The translations under genes and the position numbers were made by a program. A stretch of 64,000 nucleotides of DNA from assembly GCA_964484655.1 (NCBI GenBank), contig CAZAFA010000001.1, positions 164,742 to 228,741 on the forward strand, given 5' to 3'. The stretch is from an uncultured Candidatus Saccharibacteria bacterium. GTDB lineage: Bacteria; Patescibacteriota; Minisyncoccia; UBA6257; 2-01-FULL-56-20. Within the stretch, counting starts at the first letter, position 1. Every line of letters starts with the position of its first letter. The notes under the pieces are model-generated. The model was not told where the DNA came from, searched no databases, and was given only the letters and a program-made list of their open reading frames with translations. Of the stretch, positions 39,861 through 49,198 are shown one piece after another.

Positions 39861-41335
39861 CAGATGACGTTCTCGAAGCCCTCGAGGCCGGCGGCCTTGT
39901 CGTGCTCGCGGATCTTCTCGAGCGCCTTCGCCTCGATCTGACGGATACGCTCGCGCGTGACGCCGAACACCTTCCCCACCTCCTCGAGCGTGTGATAGAC
40001 GCCGTCCTCGAGGCCGAAGCGCATGTTGATGATCTTCTGCTCGCGCTCGGTCAGGGTGCCGAGGATGTCGCGGATGAGGTCGCGGAGGTACGCCCGCGCG
40101 GCGAGCTGGTTCGGGGCCGGGTTGCGCTCGTCCGGGATGAAGTCCGCGAGGACCGAGTCCTCCTCGTCGCCGACCGGCGTCTCGATGGAGAGCACGTCCT
40201 GGCTGATCTTCTGGATGTGGCGCACCTTGTCCACGTCGACGCCCATCTCCGCGGCGATCTCCTCCGCGAGCGGCTCGCGTCCGAGATCCTGCATGAGCGA
40301 GCGGCGGACCTGCGTGTACTTCGAGATGACCTCGACCATGTGCACCGGGATGCGGACGGTGCGGGACTGGTCCGCTAGCGCGCGGTTGATCGCCTGACGG
40401 ATCCACCAGGTCGCGTACGTGGAGAACTTGAAGCCCTTCCGGTAGTCGAACTTGTCGACGGCGCGGCTCAGGCCGATGTTCCCTTCCTGGATGAGGTCGA
40501 GGATGGACAGGTGCGGCGTGCGGTTCACGTAGCGCTTGGCGATCGAGACCACGAGGCGGAGGTTCGCCTTGATCAGGAGCTGGCGCGCCTCCTCGTCGCC
40601 GGCCTCGGCGCGCTTGGCGTAGTCCTGCTCCTGCTGCTTGGTAAGCAGCGCCGTGCGGCCGATCTCCTTGAGGTACGCCTGCACCGCGTCCGGAACCTCG
40701 GTGCCGAGATCGAGCGCGTTGGCGAGCTCCGCCTCGGAGACGAGCTCCTTGTCGTCGATGAGGTTGCCCGACTCCACGACCTTCAGGCCCGCGTTCGCGA
40801 GCGCGTCATAGACCGTATCCAGGATGTCGATGTCCTCCTCGATGGACGGGAAGTACGAGAGTATCTCCGAGTCCGTGACGAAGCCGCGCGGCTTGCCGCG
40901 CTCGATGAGCTCACGGAGCGCTCCGGCCTGCTCCTCGCTGAGGTGCTCGAGGCTGACCTCGGCGCCCTCCTGGCGCGCGCCCTTCCCCTTCTCCGCACCC
41001 TCGGGCAGCTTCGGCGCGTTGAGCGGACGGCCGCCGACGCGTACCGGCGGCAGCTTCTTCGCCGGCGCCTTCTTGACGGTCTTCTTTGGCGCGGCCTTCT
41101 TGGCGGCCTTCTTGACGGTCTTCTTCGGCGCAGCCTTCTTCTTGGCGGGAGCCTTCTTTGCCGTCTTCTTCGAAGCTTTCTTCACGCTCTTTTTGACGGC
41201 CTTCTTCGGCGCCGCTTTCTTGGCGGCCTTCTTGATTACTTTCTTGATCGATTTCTTCGCCGCTGCCTTCTTCGGGGCAGCCTTGCGAGAAGAAGATTTA
41301 ACCGTCTTCTTAACGGCCTTCTTGGCGGCAGGCAT
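39860..41335 (-). CDS. rpoD: RNA polymerase sigma factor RpoD with Lys/Ala-rich repetitive N-terminal extension
   Basis: regions 1.2-4.2 ([12 protein letters not shown], rpoD box [35 protein letters not shown], region 4 HTH); about 170 aa of AKKAxKK repeats at the N-terminus. Confidence 0.92.
   Translation of the reverse strand: MPAAKKAVKKTVKSSSRKAAPKKAAAKKSIKKVIKKAAKKAAPKKAVKKSVKKASKKTAKKAPAKKKAAPKKTVKKAAKKAAPKKTVKKAPAKKLPPVRVGGRPLNAPKLPEGAEKGKGARQEGAEVSLEHLSEEQAGALRELIERGKPRGFVTDSEILSYFPSIEEDIDILDTVYDALANAGLKVVESGNLIDDKELVSEAELANALDLGTEVPDAVQAYLKEIGRTALLTKQQEQDYAKRAEAGDEEARQLLIKANLRLVVSIAKRYVNRTPHLSILDLIQEGNIGLSRAVDKFDYRKGFKFSTYATWWIRQAINRALADQSRTVRIPVHMVEVISKYTQVRRSLMQDLGREPLAEEIAAEMGVDVDKVRHIQKISQDVLSIETPVGDEEDSVLADFIPDERNPAPNQLAARAYLRDLIRDILGTLTEREQKIINMRFGLEDGVYHTLEEVGKVFGVTRERIRQIEAKALEKIREHDKAAGLEGFENVI
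40985..41335 (-). repeat. imperfect tandem coding repeats (AKKAVKK-type) within rpoD
   Basis: recurring cttcttggcggccttcttgacggtcttcttcggcgc-like units visible on the plus strand. Confidence 0.5.
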
Positions 41336-41374
41336 GCGGAAATCCTACACCGCAGGCCCTACAACGGCAATATC

Positions 41375-43051
41375 CTACCGCTTTGGCAAGGCTACGAGGG
41401 CAGCAAGGGCCTCGTCGAGCGCTTCCTGGTCCCCCGCGCGCTCCGCGTCCGCGATGACGGCGGACAGCCGCGCCCGCTCCTCGGCGAGATATACCGCCTC
41501 GAGGTCCTGGAGCAGGCGGCGCAGCGTCGCGCCGCCGAGCACCGACGAGACGCCGGTCACGATCCGCTGCAGCGCCGCGTCGAGCTCCTCGTCCTCGCTC
41601 TGCGCCTGGTCCGCGCGGAGCAGCTCGAGCACCTTCTGTGCGGAGGACGGCAGGTGATGGCTCTGCACCTGCCCGAGCGAACGCTCGTGGTAGGCGGCGG
41701 CGAGCACCTGCTCGGCGAGCACGTCCCACTTCGTGGTCTCGCGCGCAGCGGCAGCCGGGCGCGGCGCCTCGGGACGCGTCTGAGGCTCGTCGCGGCGGGC
41801 GATCCTCTCCTCCTGGAGGATGCCTTCGGCGATCCCCGTCTTGCGGCTGAGGAACTGGAGCCACTTCGCGCGCTGAACCGGGCTCGGGATCTCCGCGACC
41901 AGGGCCAGGATGCGGCGCAGGACGCCGATCGCCTCCGCGGAACGGAAATCCATGCCTGCGTCGATGAGGCGGTCCACCCATGCCTCGACGACCGGCACCG
42001 CCTCCTCGACCGCTGCCGGCACCGCCTCAGGCTCCTCGAGCGCCAGATCGGCGGCATCCTTGCCGCGCGGCCAGCGGACGACGCGCACGTCGAGCCCGGC
42101 GCGCAGCGCGAGCTGCGCCGCCTTCTCTGCCGCGATCCAGCCGGCGTCGTCGGCATCGAAGGCCAGGTCGAGGGCGGGAGCGCTCCGCGCGAGCAGCGAC
42201 ACGTGGTCCTGCGTGAACGCGGTGCCGCTGAGCGCCACGACGTTCTTCACGCCGGACTGCCAGCATGCGACCGCATCCACCTGCCCCTCGACGAGGACGG
42301 CGCGGCCGGCGGAGCGGATCGCGTCTTTCGTCTTCCCGTAGGCGTACAGGACCTTGCCCTTGGTGAAGATCGGCGTCTCGGGGCTGTTGACGTACTTGCC
42401 GAGGTTGCCCGTGTCGAACTGCGGGTGGATGCGCCCGGTGAAAGCCACCGGCTTCCCGAGCGCGGACCAGATCGGGAACATGAGGCGGGCGCGGAAGCGG
42501 TCCCGCAGGCCGTACTCGGTCTTCACGGACAGGCCCGCGCGGACGAGGTCCTCGCCGTCGAAGCCCTCGAGCATAAGGTGCTTGGTGAGCAGGTCAGGAT
42601 CCGGCGGCGCCCAGCCGACGTCGAAGAAGTCCGCGGCCTCGGGAAGGATGCCGCGCTCGATGAGATACTTCATCGGGATCTCGTCGGTGACGTGCTTGCG
42701 GAAGAACTCCGCGGCAGCTGCGTTCGCGCGGTACAGCACGCCGGTGAAGCGCTCCTCGGCGGGACTGACCCTGCGGAGCTCGACGCCCGCCTTCTCGGCG
42801 AGTAGCCGGAGCGCGTCGCGGAACTCCACGTGCTCGTACTCCTGCACGAAGGCGAAGATGTCCCCGCCCTTGCCGCAGCCGAAGCACTTCCAGGAGCCGC
42901 GGTCCGGCGTGACCACGAAGCTCGGCGTCTTCTCGCCGTGGAACGGGCACCGGGCCTTGAAGTTGCGGCCTGCCGGCGCGAGCTCGATATAGCCCCGGAT
43001 GACGGTCGCGACGTCCAGCTTCTCCTTGATGAGCTCCACGGGGGTCGCCAT
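41375..43051 (-). CDS. dnaG: DNA primase
   Basis: zinc ribbon CPFHGEKTPSF...CFGCGKGGD; TOPRIM region; ATG start at MATPVEL (the ORF track begins at an upstream GTG). Confidence 0.88.
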   Translation of the reverse strand: MATPVELIKEKLDVATVIRGYIELAPAGRNFKARCPFHGEKTPSFVVTPDRGSWKCFGCGKGGDIFAFVQEYEHVEFRDALRLLAEKAGVELRRVSPAEERFTGVLYRANAAAAEFFRKHVTDEIPMKYLIERGILPEAADFFDVGWAPPDPDLLTKHLMLEGFDGEDLVRAGLSVKTEYGLRDRFRARLMFPIWSALGKPVAFTGRIHPQFDTGNLGKYVNSPETPIFTKGKVLYAYGKTKDAIRSAGRAVLVEGQVDAVACWQSGVKNVVALSGTAFTQDHVSLLARSAPALDLAFDADDAGWIAAEKAAQLALRAGLDVRVVRWPRGKDAADLALEEPEAVPAAVEEAVPVVEAWVDRLIDAGMDFRSAEAIGVLRRILALVAEIPSPVQRAKWLQFLSRKTGIAEGILQEERIARRDEPQTRPEAPRPAAAARETTKWDVLAEQVLAAAYHERSLGQVQSHHLPSSAQKVLELLRADQAQSEDEELDAALQRIVTGVSSVLGGATLRRLLQDLEAVYLAEERARLSAVIADAERAGDQEALDEALAALVALPKR

Positions 43052-43135
43052 GGCGCGAGTATAGGACACCGGGCCCCAGGCCGCATTGAAGGCCGCATGA
43101 GGCCTGTGTATACTCGCATCCGCCCTTGAAAACCT

Positions 43136-43222
43136 GCTGGGATGACAGAGTGGTCAATTGTACTTGACTGTAAATCAAGCGCCCTTGCGGCTACACAGGT
43201 TCGAATCCTGTTCCCAGCACCA
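43136..43222 (+). tRNA. tRNA-Tyr (anticodon GTA), long variable arm, CCA encoded
   Basis: acceptor gctggga/tcccagc; anticodon stem cttga/tcaag with loop ctGTAaa; T-arm acagg-ttcgaatc-ctgt; 3' ACCA. Confidence 0.85.
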
Positions 43223-43257
43223 CCGATAGCAAGACGCGCCCTCTGGGGCGCGTCTTG

Positions 43258-44196
43258 CTATGCCTTCCTTTCACGGATCAGCCTCGTGAGGAGCGGACGC
43301 CTCTTGCGATGCTCGTCTGCGACCACCATCTGCCTGATGCTCTCCGGATCGCACCGCCTGATGTCCGCGATCATCTCGATGAGCTGGTCCGCGGTGCTCC
43401 GCGGCATCCTGCCCTGGCGGACGATCTCGCTTTCCAGCGCGTCCTTGAGGTACTGCGCGCTGAGGATGTAGTGACGGCGGATCTGGCTCTCTATCCCTGA
43501 CGGAATCTGCTTGCCGAAGTACGAGCATTGGATGAGCGCCTGCACCATGGAGCGCATCCCGAGCGGCGACTTCTGGATAGCCTCCTTGTCGGAGGCGCGA
43601 TTCTTCCATGCGTCCATGAGACTATCAAGCTCCTCCTGACCGTACCGCACCACGACCTGCGGCACCTTCTGCGCGCCGTACGTGCTCGATGCCCGGTCTA
43701 CGCAGAACTGGTACTTCATCTGCGCGTCTGGATGATGATCCACCCTGTAGGCGATGTCCTTGAACTTCTCTTCGTACTGGTCGAGTCCGGTCGTCAGGTC
43801 GAGCCCGAGCTTCGCCTTCATCATCGGCGCGCCGTCGACGTCCGCTCCGCGCACGGCGGCGACCACGTCGTAGCCGTTCCTCTTGTCGTCGTAGTTGCTC
43901 CACTTGAGCGCGTGGAAGTCCTGCCCGAACCACCGGGCCTGGTCGATGCCGTAGTGTGTCAGCGCCTCCTGGAAGACCGAGTACTTCTTGCCGGCGTCGT
44001 CGGCGTTCTCGTACCGGGGTGCCGACCGATACTCCTTCACGCCCTCGTCGCCGTTGTAGTGAAGCTTGATATCGAAGTCGTTGAGCTCCTCGGCGGCGAG
44101 GTAGGACTTGCTGCTCTCGTAGACCTCGTTGAGCTTGGCCTCCGGACTCTCGGTGCTTATGAGGGCCTTCGCCGCGAAATTCCCGTCGCCTGGCAT
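43258..44196 (-). CDS. hypothetical protein (312 aa), no recognisable domain
   Basis: long ORF with unbiased, Lys/Asp/Tyr-containing composition, GC somewhat lower than neighbours; ends about 35 nt from the tRNA-Tyr 3' end. Confidence 0.55.
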   Translation of the reverse strand: MPGDGNFAAKALISTESPEAKLNEVYESSKSYLAAEELNDFDIKLHYNGDEGVKEYRSAPRYENADDAGKKYSVFQEALTHYGIDQARWFGQDFHALKWSNYDDKRNGYDVVAAVRGADVDGAPMMKAKLGLDLTTGLDQYEEKFKDIAYRVDHHPDAQMKYQFCVDRASSTYGAQKVPQVVVRYGQEELDSLMDAWKNRASDKEAIQKSPLGMRSMVQALIQCSYFGKQIPSGIESQIRRHYILSAQYLKDALESEIVRQGRMPRSTADQLIEMIADIRRCDPESIRQMVVADEHRKRRPLLTRLIRERKA

Positions 44197-44255
44197 GCAA
44201 AAAGTATAGGCGCTCCCTCAGGAAGCGCCTATATCCATTCATACCCTCGGGATTC

Positions 44256-44597
44256 CTAGATCATCTCGGAAAGCGCGGTCACGATGACCTCGATCTCCGC
44301 GAGCACCTTCTGCGCCCGCGCGTCGGTCTGTCCCTTGGTCGCGTTCGCGAGCGCATCGGGCAGCATGGTGACGATGCTGTTGAGCGGAATCAGCTCCGTC
44401 GGGTTGTCCTCGGGATGGTTCACGGTCTGGTTGAGGCTGTTCAGCAGTCCCACCAGATACCGGTCCGCATCCGTCTTCTTAATACCGAGCTCCCTGTATC
44501 TCTCCGCGGTAGCCGCCGCTTGGGCGGCCAGCGTGGTGAGACGCAGGCGCTCGTCTTCGTCTTCTTCCGTTCTATGTGATTGAGCCGCTTGGCTCAT
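44256..44597 (-). CDS. hypothetical protein (113 aa)
   Basis: GGAGG RBS 8 nt upstream of the ATG; downstream of a strong promoter. Confidence 0.5.
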   Translation of the reverse strand: MSQAAQSHRTEEDEDERLRLTTLAAQAAATAERYRELGIKKTDADRYLVGLLNSLNQTVNHPEDNPTELIPLNSIVTMLPDALANATKGQTDARAQKVLAEIEVIVTALSEMI

Positions 44598-44638
44598 ACG
44601 TTCTACCTCCAGATGGATTAGCTAAATAGCCACTATTA

Positions 44639-44714
44639 TTTATACCTTATTTTATTGATTTCGTCAAAGATTTACCGTGTCATGATTGACTAGATAGCAT
44701 TTCGTGGTCATATT
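44639..44714. promoter_or_regulatory. AT-rich divergent promoter region: minus-strand TTGACG-N17-TATAAA; plus-strand TTGACT-N17-CATATT
   Basis: hexamers read directly; sharp local AT-richness in an otherwise GC-rich window. Confidence 0.45.
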
Positions 44715-44745
44715 CCCATCAGATCTTCTAGAGGAGAGAACGAAT

Positions 44746-45336
44746 ATGAATGTCCTTGCATTGCCGGCGGAAGCGCCGGATCCCAGCGGCCCGCTTCCTG
44801 AGTTCCTAAGGAACCACATGCCGATCAGCCCGCTGCAGTTCTTCCAAGGACTGTGCGCTGCCTGCTTCGGCGATCGGGACTGCCCTACCCCGCGCGAATG
44901 GGCGAAGTTCGTCGTCTCGGGCGCCATCATCAGCTCGTGCGGCGGCGCGCTGCCCAAGCCGTGCAGCCTCGCTCACCCGAACGACGTCGCCCGCGAGCTC
45001 TGGAAGGCGACGTGGAACGCGCTCGCGTCCGCCGCCGTCTTCACCGAGGACACGCGGCGGATGCTCCTGCATCTCATGCTTCCCAAGCCGGAGTACGCCC
45101 ACGGCGAGCATCCTGAGCTGGTGACACTGTTCGAGTCACTGTGGCTGGTCACGCACCTGCCGCGGACCACGCTGCACTCCGTGAGCCAGCTCAGGGAGCA
45201 CGTCGTCGAGCATGCGGCCGCTGCATTCCGCAACAGTATGCGCGCGCACGCGCCCGACCTGGCGCTCATCGGCGAGCACGCGGAGGCGCCGCGCGTCGCG
45301 ACGCTCGCGTACATGCGCACGCGGTACCAGTGGTGA
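44746..45336 (+). CDS. hypothetical protein (196 aa), Cys-containing
   Basis: ATG at MNVLALP.. preceded by GAGGAGAG; terminator follows. Confidence 0.5.
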   Translation: MNVLALPAEAPDPSGPLPEFLRNHMPISPLQFFQGLCAACFGDRDCPTPREWAKFVVSGAIISSCGGALPKPCSLAHPNDVARELWKATWNALASAAVFTEDTRRMLLHLMLPKPEYAHGEHPELVTLFESLWLVTHLPRTTLHSVSQLREHVVEHAAAAFRNSMRAHAPDLALIGEHAEAPRVATLAYMRTRYQW

Positions 45337-45345
45337 CTGAATAGA

Positions 45346-45376
45346 GAAAAGGCGGCCTGCGGGCCGCCTTTCGCTT
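45346..45376 (+). terminator. rho-independent terminator (GGCGGCC-tgcg-GGCCGCC then TTTCGCTT)
   Basis: hairpin plus T-tract immediately after the stop of the 44746..45336 gene. Confidence 0.55.
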
Positions 45377-45444
45377 GACGCTTCGCCGAAGTTGACGCAC
45401 CGTGACCGCAGATACTTCATTCTAGATACAAGGAGGCGAGCGAA

Positions 45445-46134
45445 ATGGCTCAACCGAAGCAATCCAACATCAACTGGGAGGCATGCTCCGCGTTCATGCT
45501 CGAGCAGGCGCTCCTGCTCGAGCAGAGGCTCCCCGAGCTTCTCAAGCAGCACCCTGCACTCGACGCCGATCTTTGGACGGACTCGTATCCGCCCTCGATC
45601 TACGTGACGGTGTGGGTGCCGATGCGTCGCCCGACGAACCGGAAGCGGACCAGCCTCTCGCGCGGTGAGAACAAGCTGATACCCGACGTCATGGCAGTGA
45701 TGACCGACGAGGAGATCGCGGACGCGTCCGCGCTCGTCGCGGAGCTCGCCGGCGACCTCAGGGCTAAGCGCGCCTATCCGCAGGAGGAGACGCATTGCCA
45801 GGTGTACCTGATCAAGCCCGACTACGGCAGGTTCACGTACGCAGCCCTGGAGCGTGCGGCGCGACAGAAGGAAAATCTCGCCGACGGCGTGGCGCTCTTC
45901 ATGCTCCGCGAGCATACCTACGCTATCGAGCACAATCCCAACTGCCCGAAGCCGTACCTGGTCCGCCTCGTCGGCGCGCCGGGCATGCTCGACGGCAAGC
46001 CCGTCCGCGAAACCGAGGATCATCTCGGTTACGGGACGACCCTGAAGGAGGCGGCTGTCGAGGCGCTCCGGAACAAGGCTGAGTGGAAGAACGCGCGCGT
46101 GCCCATACAGAAGGTCGCGGAAGCGGCGAAATAG
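45445..46134 (+). CDS. hypothetical protein (229 aa)
   Basis: GGAGG RBS; unbiased composition; terminator follows. Confidence 0.55.
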   Translation: MAQPKQSNINWEACSAFMLEQALLLEQRLPELLKQHPALDADLWTDSYPPSIYVTVWVPMRRPTNRKRTSLSRGENKLIPDVMAVMTDEEIADASALVAELAGDLRAKRAYPQEETHCQVYLIKPDYGRFTYAALERAARQKENLADGVALFMLREHTYAIEHNPNCPKPYLVRLVGAPGMLDGKPVRETEDHLGYGTTLKEAAVEALRNKAEWKNARVPIQKVAEAAK

Positions 46135-46136
46135 AG

Positions 46137-46163
46137 AAAAGGCGGCTCAGTGCCGCCTTTTCC
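46137..46163. terminator. bidirectional rho-independent terminator (GGCGGC-tcagt-GCCGCC then TTTT)
   Basis: lies between the convergent 45445..46134 (+) gene and tsf (-); shares the preceding ATAGAGAAAAGGCGGC motif with the terminator at 45346. Confidence 0.55.
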
Positions 46164-46177
46164 TTCGCCTTGAAGCC

Positions 46178-46630
46178 TCAGGCCTCGTACCGCGCGAACT
46201 TCGCGATGCGGCAGTTCTCGCCGGTCTTGGCGATGAGCTCGTTGAGGAGGTCGCCGACGGTCTTGCTGTCGTTCTTCACGAACGGCTGCGCGAGGAGCTC
46301 GTCCACGTCGGCCGGGTTCATGGCGGCGATGTGCATCACCACGTCCTTGGCGAGGTCCTGGAACGGCTCGGAGCGGACGACGAAGTCCGTCTCGGCGCGC
46401 ATGTCGAGCATCACGCCGACGCGGCCGTTGTGCACGTACGTCTCGATGAGAGCCGCGCCGGTCTCGCGCTCGGAGCGCTTCCCTGCCTTCACGCCCGCCT
46501 TCTCAGCGAGGACCGCGAGCGCCTTGTCGTAGTCGCCGTCTGCCTCCTTGAGCGCGGTCTTGGCGTCCATGACGCCGGCGCCGGTCTGCTCGCGGAGCTG
46601 CTGGATAAGTTCCATCGTGATCTCTGCCAT
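46178..46630 (-). CDS. tsf: elongation factor Ts, minimal form
   Basis: MAEITMELIQQLREQTGAGVMDAKTAL N-terminal domain; 150 aa. Confidence 0.85.
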   Translation of the reverse strand: MAEITMELIQQLREQTGAGVMDAKTALKEADGDYDKALAVLAEKAGVKAGKRSERETGAALIETYVHNGRVGVMLDMRAETDFVVRSEPFQDLAKDVVMHIAAMNPADVDELLAQPFVKNDSKTVGDLLNELIAKTGENCRIAKFARYEA

Positions 46631-46657
46631 GGGTAAAAAAATAAGACGGGTTGCTGA

Positions 46658-47389
46658 CTACTCCGCGGGAGCCGGGGCCGGTGCGCGCTCGATCGCCTCC
46701 TGCACCTTCTCGAGGAACCAGGAGATACTCTTGCGACCCTGCACGTTGCCCGGGACCAGGTACGTCACGCCATCCGGAGCCGCGTCGACGTTGCCGAAGG
46801 CGACGACCGGGATGCCGAGCTTCTTAGCCTCGAGGACCGCAGTGCGATGCTCGCTCGGGTCGATGACCAGGAGCGCGTCAGGGGCGCGGAGGAGGTTCTC
46901 GAACGAGCCGAGGTTGCTCTCGAGCTTCTGGAGGAGCTGCTGCGCGGCGGTGCGCTCCTTCTTCACGTACTTGTCCATGGCGCCGGAGGTCAGGTCGGCG
47001 CGGAGCTTCTTGAGGTGCGCGATGCGCGCGGAGATCATCGGGAAGTTCGTCATCAGGCCGCCGATCCAGCGGTTGGTGACGCTGGGCATGCCGGTCTCCT
47101 GGAGGAAATCCTGGAAAAGGTCAGCGAAGGCCGGCTGGGTGCCGACGAACAGCACGTTCTTGCCCTGCTGCTTCATGCTCGCGAGGAACGCGAGGGCCTT
47201 CTCGAGCACATCGAGGGTCACGTTGAGGTTGACTACCTCCATGCCGTTGCGGGTATAGAGCACCGCGGACTTCATGCGCGGGTTGCTGTTCCGCTTGCTC
47301 CGCCCGTAGAAGACGCCCGCCTCGATCGCCTCCTTCAGGGAAGCCTCGAGCTTGGGGTCGACGGCGGTCGCGTTCTTCGTTTCAGACAC
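46658..47389 (-). CDS. rpsB: 30S ribosomal protein S2
   Basis: FLQETGMPSVTNRWIGGLMTNF and flanking S2 motifs; 243 aa. Confidence 0.93.
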   Translation of the reverse strand: MSETKNATAVDPKLEASLKEAIEAGVFYGRSKRNSNPRMKSAVLYTRNGMEVVNLNVTLDVLEKALAFLASMKQQGKNVLFVGTQPAFADLFQDFLQETGMPSVTNRWIGGLMTNFPMISARIAHLKKLRADLTSGAMDKYVKKERTAAQQLLQKLESNLGSFENLLRAPDALLVIDPSEHRTAVLEAKKLGIPVVAFGNVDAAPDGVTYLVPGNVQGRKSISWFLEKVQEAIERAPAPAPAE

Positions 47390-47422
47390 GAGTGGCAGTC
47401 TACGCGTAAATCACGCCCAGTG

Positions 47423-48472
47423 TCAAAGGGTTTCGGCGATGGTTCCCGCCGCGAGGACGGCTCCCTCGGCGCCGTAGCAGGCGGCGAGCTGCCCGGGCGC
47501 TGCAGTCGGATGCGGCGCAACGAACCGGAGCTCGCCCGTAGCCGGATGGAAGGTCGCCGGCGCGAGCGCCTGGCGGTACCGCGTGCGGGCGAGCACCTCG
47601 ACCGGCTCGTGTCCGAGTCCGTGCGTCACCAGGTCGGTCAGGCGCGCGCCGGAGATCGTCAGCGACCCGTCGGTTACCTCAGCGACGGTGAGCGTGTTGG
47701 CTGCAATGTCGCGGGAGGCGACGTAGTACGGCGGGGTCGGCGCGGAGCCGTGCCGGCGCGTGACGCGGAAGCCGGACCGCTGCCCGACGGTGTAGAACCA
47801 GGCGCCGTCGTGCTCCCCGATCCGCTCTCCGTCCGGACCGACGACTATCCCCGCTTTGACCGGCAGCCGCGTACGGAGGTAGTCCGAGAGCGAGACCTTG
47901 CCGAGGAAGCAGATGCCCTGCGAGTCCTTCTTCGTCGCGGTATGCAGGCCTGCTTCCGCTGCGATCTTCCGCACCTCGGGCTTCGTGAGCTCCCCGAGCG
48001 GGAAGACCGCGTGCGCGAGCTGCTCTTCCGTGAGAAGCGCGAGGAAATACGACTGGTCCTTCTCCGCGTCGAGACCGGCCGCGAGGAAGTGGCGGCCATC
48101 CCGTTCCACGACACGCGCATAGTGGCCGGTCGCGACAGCATCCGCGCCTGCCGCGCGCGCCGCCTCGAGGAAGGCGCCGAACTTGATGACGCGGTTGCAG
48201 GCGACGTCGGGGTTCGGAGTGAGGCCGTGCGCGTACCCGGCGACGAGCGGCTCGACGACGGACTTCCGGTACTGCTCCTCGAAGTCCCAGGAGTAGAACG
48301 GGATGCCCAGGTGCGCGGCCACCTTCCGCGCATCCTCGGCGTCGGCGTCGGCGCAGCCATCCAGGTTCATGCAACGAAGGAAGACGCCTGCGACGTCGTG
48401 CCCTTGCTCCTTGAGCAGGTACGCCGCGGCGGACGAGTCGACGCCGCCGGAGAGGCCTACGAAAACGCGCAT
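47423..48472 (-). CDS. mnmA: tRNA 2-thiouridine(34) synthase MnmA
   Basis: MRVFVGLSGGVDSSAAAYLL PP-loop; catalytic Cys residues; 349 aa. Confidence 0.9.
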   Translation of the reverse strand: MRVFVGLSGGVDSSAAAYLLKEQGHDVAGVFLRCMNLDGCADADAEDARKVAAHLGIPFYSWDFEEQYRKSVVEPLVAGYAHGLTPNPDVACNRVIKFGAFLEAARAAGADAVATGHYARVVERDGRHFLAAGLDAEKDQSYFLALLTEEQLAHAVFPLGELTKPEVRKIAAEAGLHTATKKDSQGICFLGKVSLSDYLRTRLPVKAGIVVGPDGERIGEHDGAWFYTVGQRSGFRVTRRHGSAPTPPYYVASRDIAANTLTVAEVTDGSLTISGARLTDLVTHGLGHEPVEVLARTRYRQALAPATFHPATGELRFVAPHPTAAPGQLAACYGAEGAVLAAGTIAETL

Positions 48473-48513
48473 GCGGCCATTGTGGCCGTATTACGCCCGC
48501 CTTGCATAGGGCC

Positions 48514-49077
48514 CTACTTGACCCGCTCCGTGTACTCGCCGGTCTCAGTGTTCACGCGGATGGTCTCCCCTGCCTCGATGAACTGCGGCACCGCAATCTG
48601 CGCGCCGGTCTCGAGCGTGACGAGCTTGTTGCCGCCGGCGGCCGTGGCTCCCTTGATCACGGGCGGCGCCTCCTTCACGAGCAGGTCCATCTTTATCGGG
48701 AACTTCACCGAGATGATCTTGTCGTTGAAGGTGCGCGCCTCGACAGTCGTGTTCTCCTTGGCGAAGCGACCCTGGTCACCGACGACGTCCGCCGCGAGCG
48801 AGAAGCGGTCCTTAGGATTCTTCGGGTCCGCGAACCAGAACTCGCCCTTGTTCTGGTACAGGAAGCTGTATTCCTTCCGATCCACGTCCGCCTCCTCGAA
48901 GTTGTCGCTCGCCGTGAAGTTGCGGTCGATGACCTTGCCGTTGATGAGGTTGCGCATCTTGGTCTGCATGACCGCCTTGCGCTGCTGCATACGGAGGAAG
49001 CCGGATTCGACGACCTCGTACGGCTGGCCCTCGTAGACGAAGACGACGCCCTTCCTGAGTTCCGAGTATGAGAGCAT
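48514..49077 (-). CDS. efp: elongation factor P
   Basis: start at MLSYSEL..; KOW and OB domains (..VVFVYEGQPYEVVE..). Confidence 0.92.
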   Translation of the reverse strand: MLSYSELRKGVVFVYEGQPYEVVESGFLRMQQRKAVMQTKMRNLINGKVIDRNFTASDNFEEADVDRKEYSFLYQNKGEFWFADPKNPKDRFSLAADVVGDQGRFAKENTTVEARTFNDKIISVKFPIKMDLLVKEAPPVIKGATAAGGNKLVTLETGAQIAVPQFIEAGETIRVNTETGEYTERVK

Positions 49078-49198
49078 GGGAAATCTGTACGTGCTGCTGT
49101 TCACGGCCAGCCTACCGTACGAGCGGCGCGGCGGGCAACCTGTCTTTGACAGGACCGGGCCGCTTCCGCTTCACTATCCCGTACTGGAGGTGAACCCC

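Noticed and set aside
43223-46177. Integrated prophage or integrative element at tRNA-Tyr
   Set aside because: No integrase, excisionase, phage structural genes or direct repeat of the tRNA 3' end (ttcgaatcctgttcccagcacca) could be found in or around the cassette; it is described only as an accessory cassette.
49076-49198. N-terminal part of the 118-aa ORF at 49076..49432
   Set aside because: A start at 49076 would overlap the efp start codon head-to-head. The segment has no RBS, whereas an internal TTG at 49199 is preceded by GGAGG, so only the shorter version is kept.
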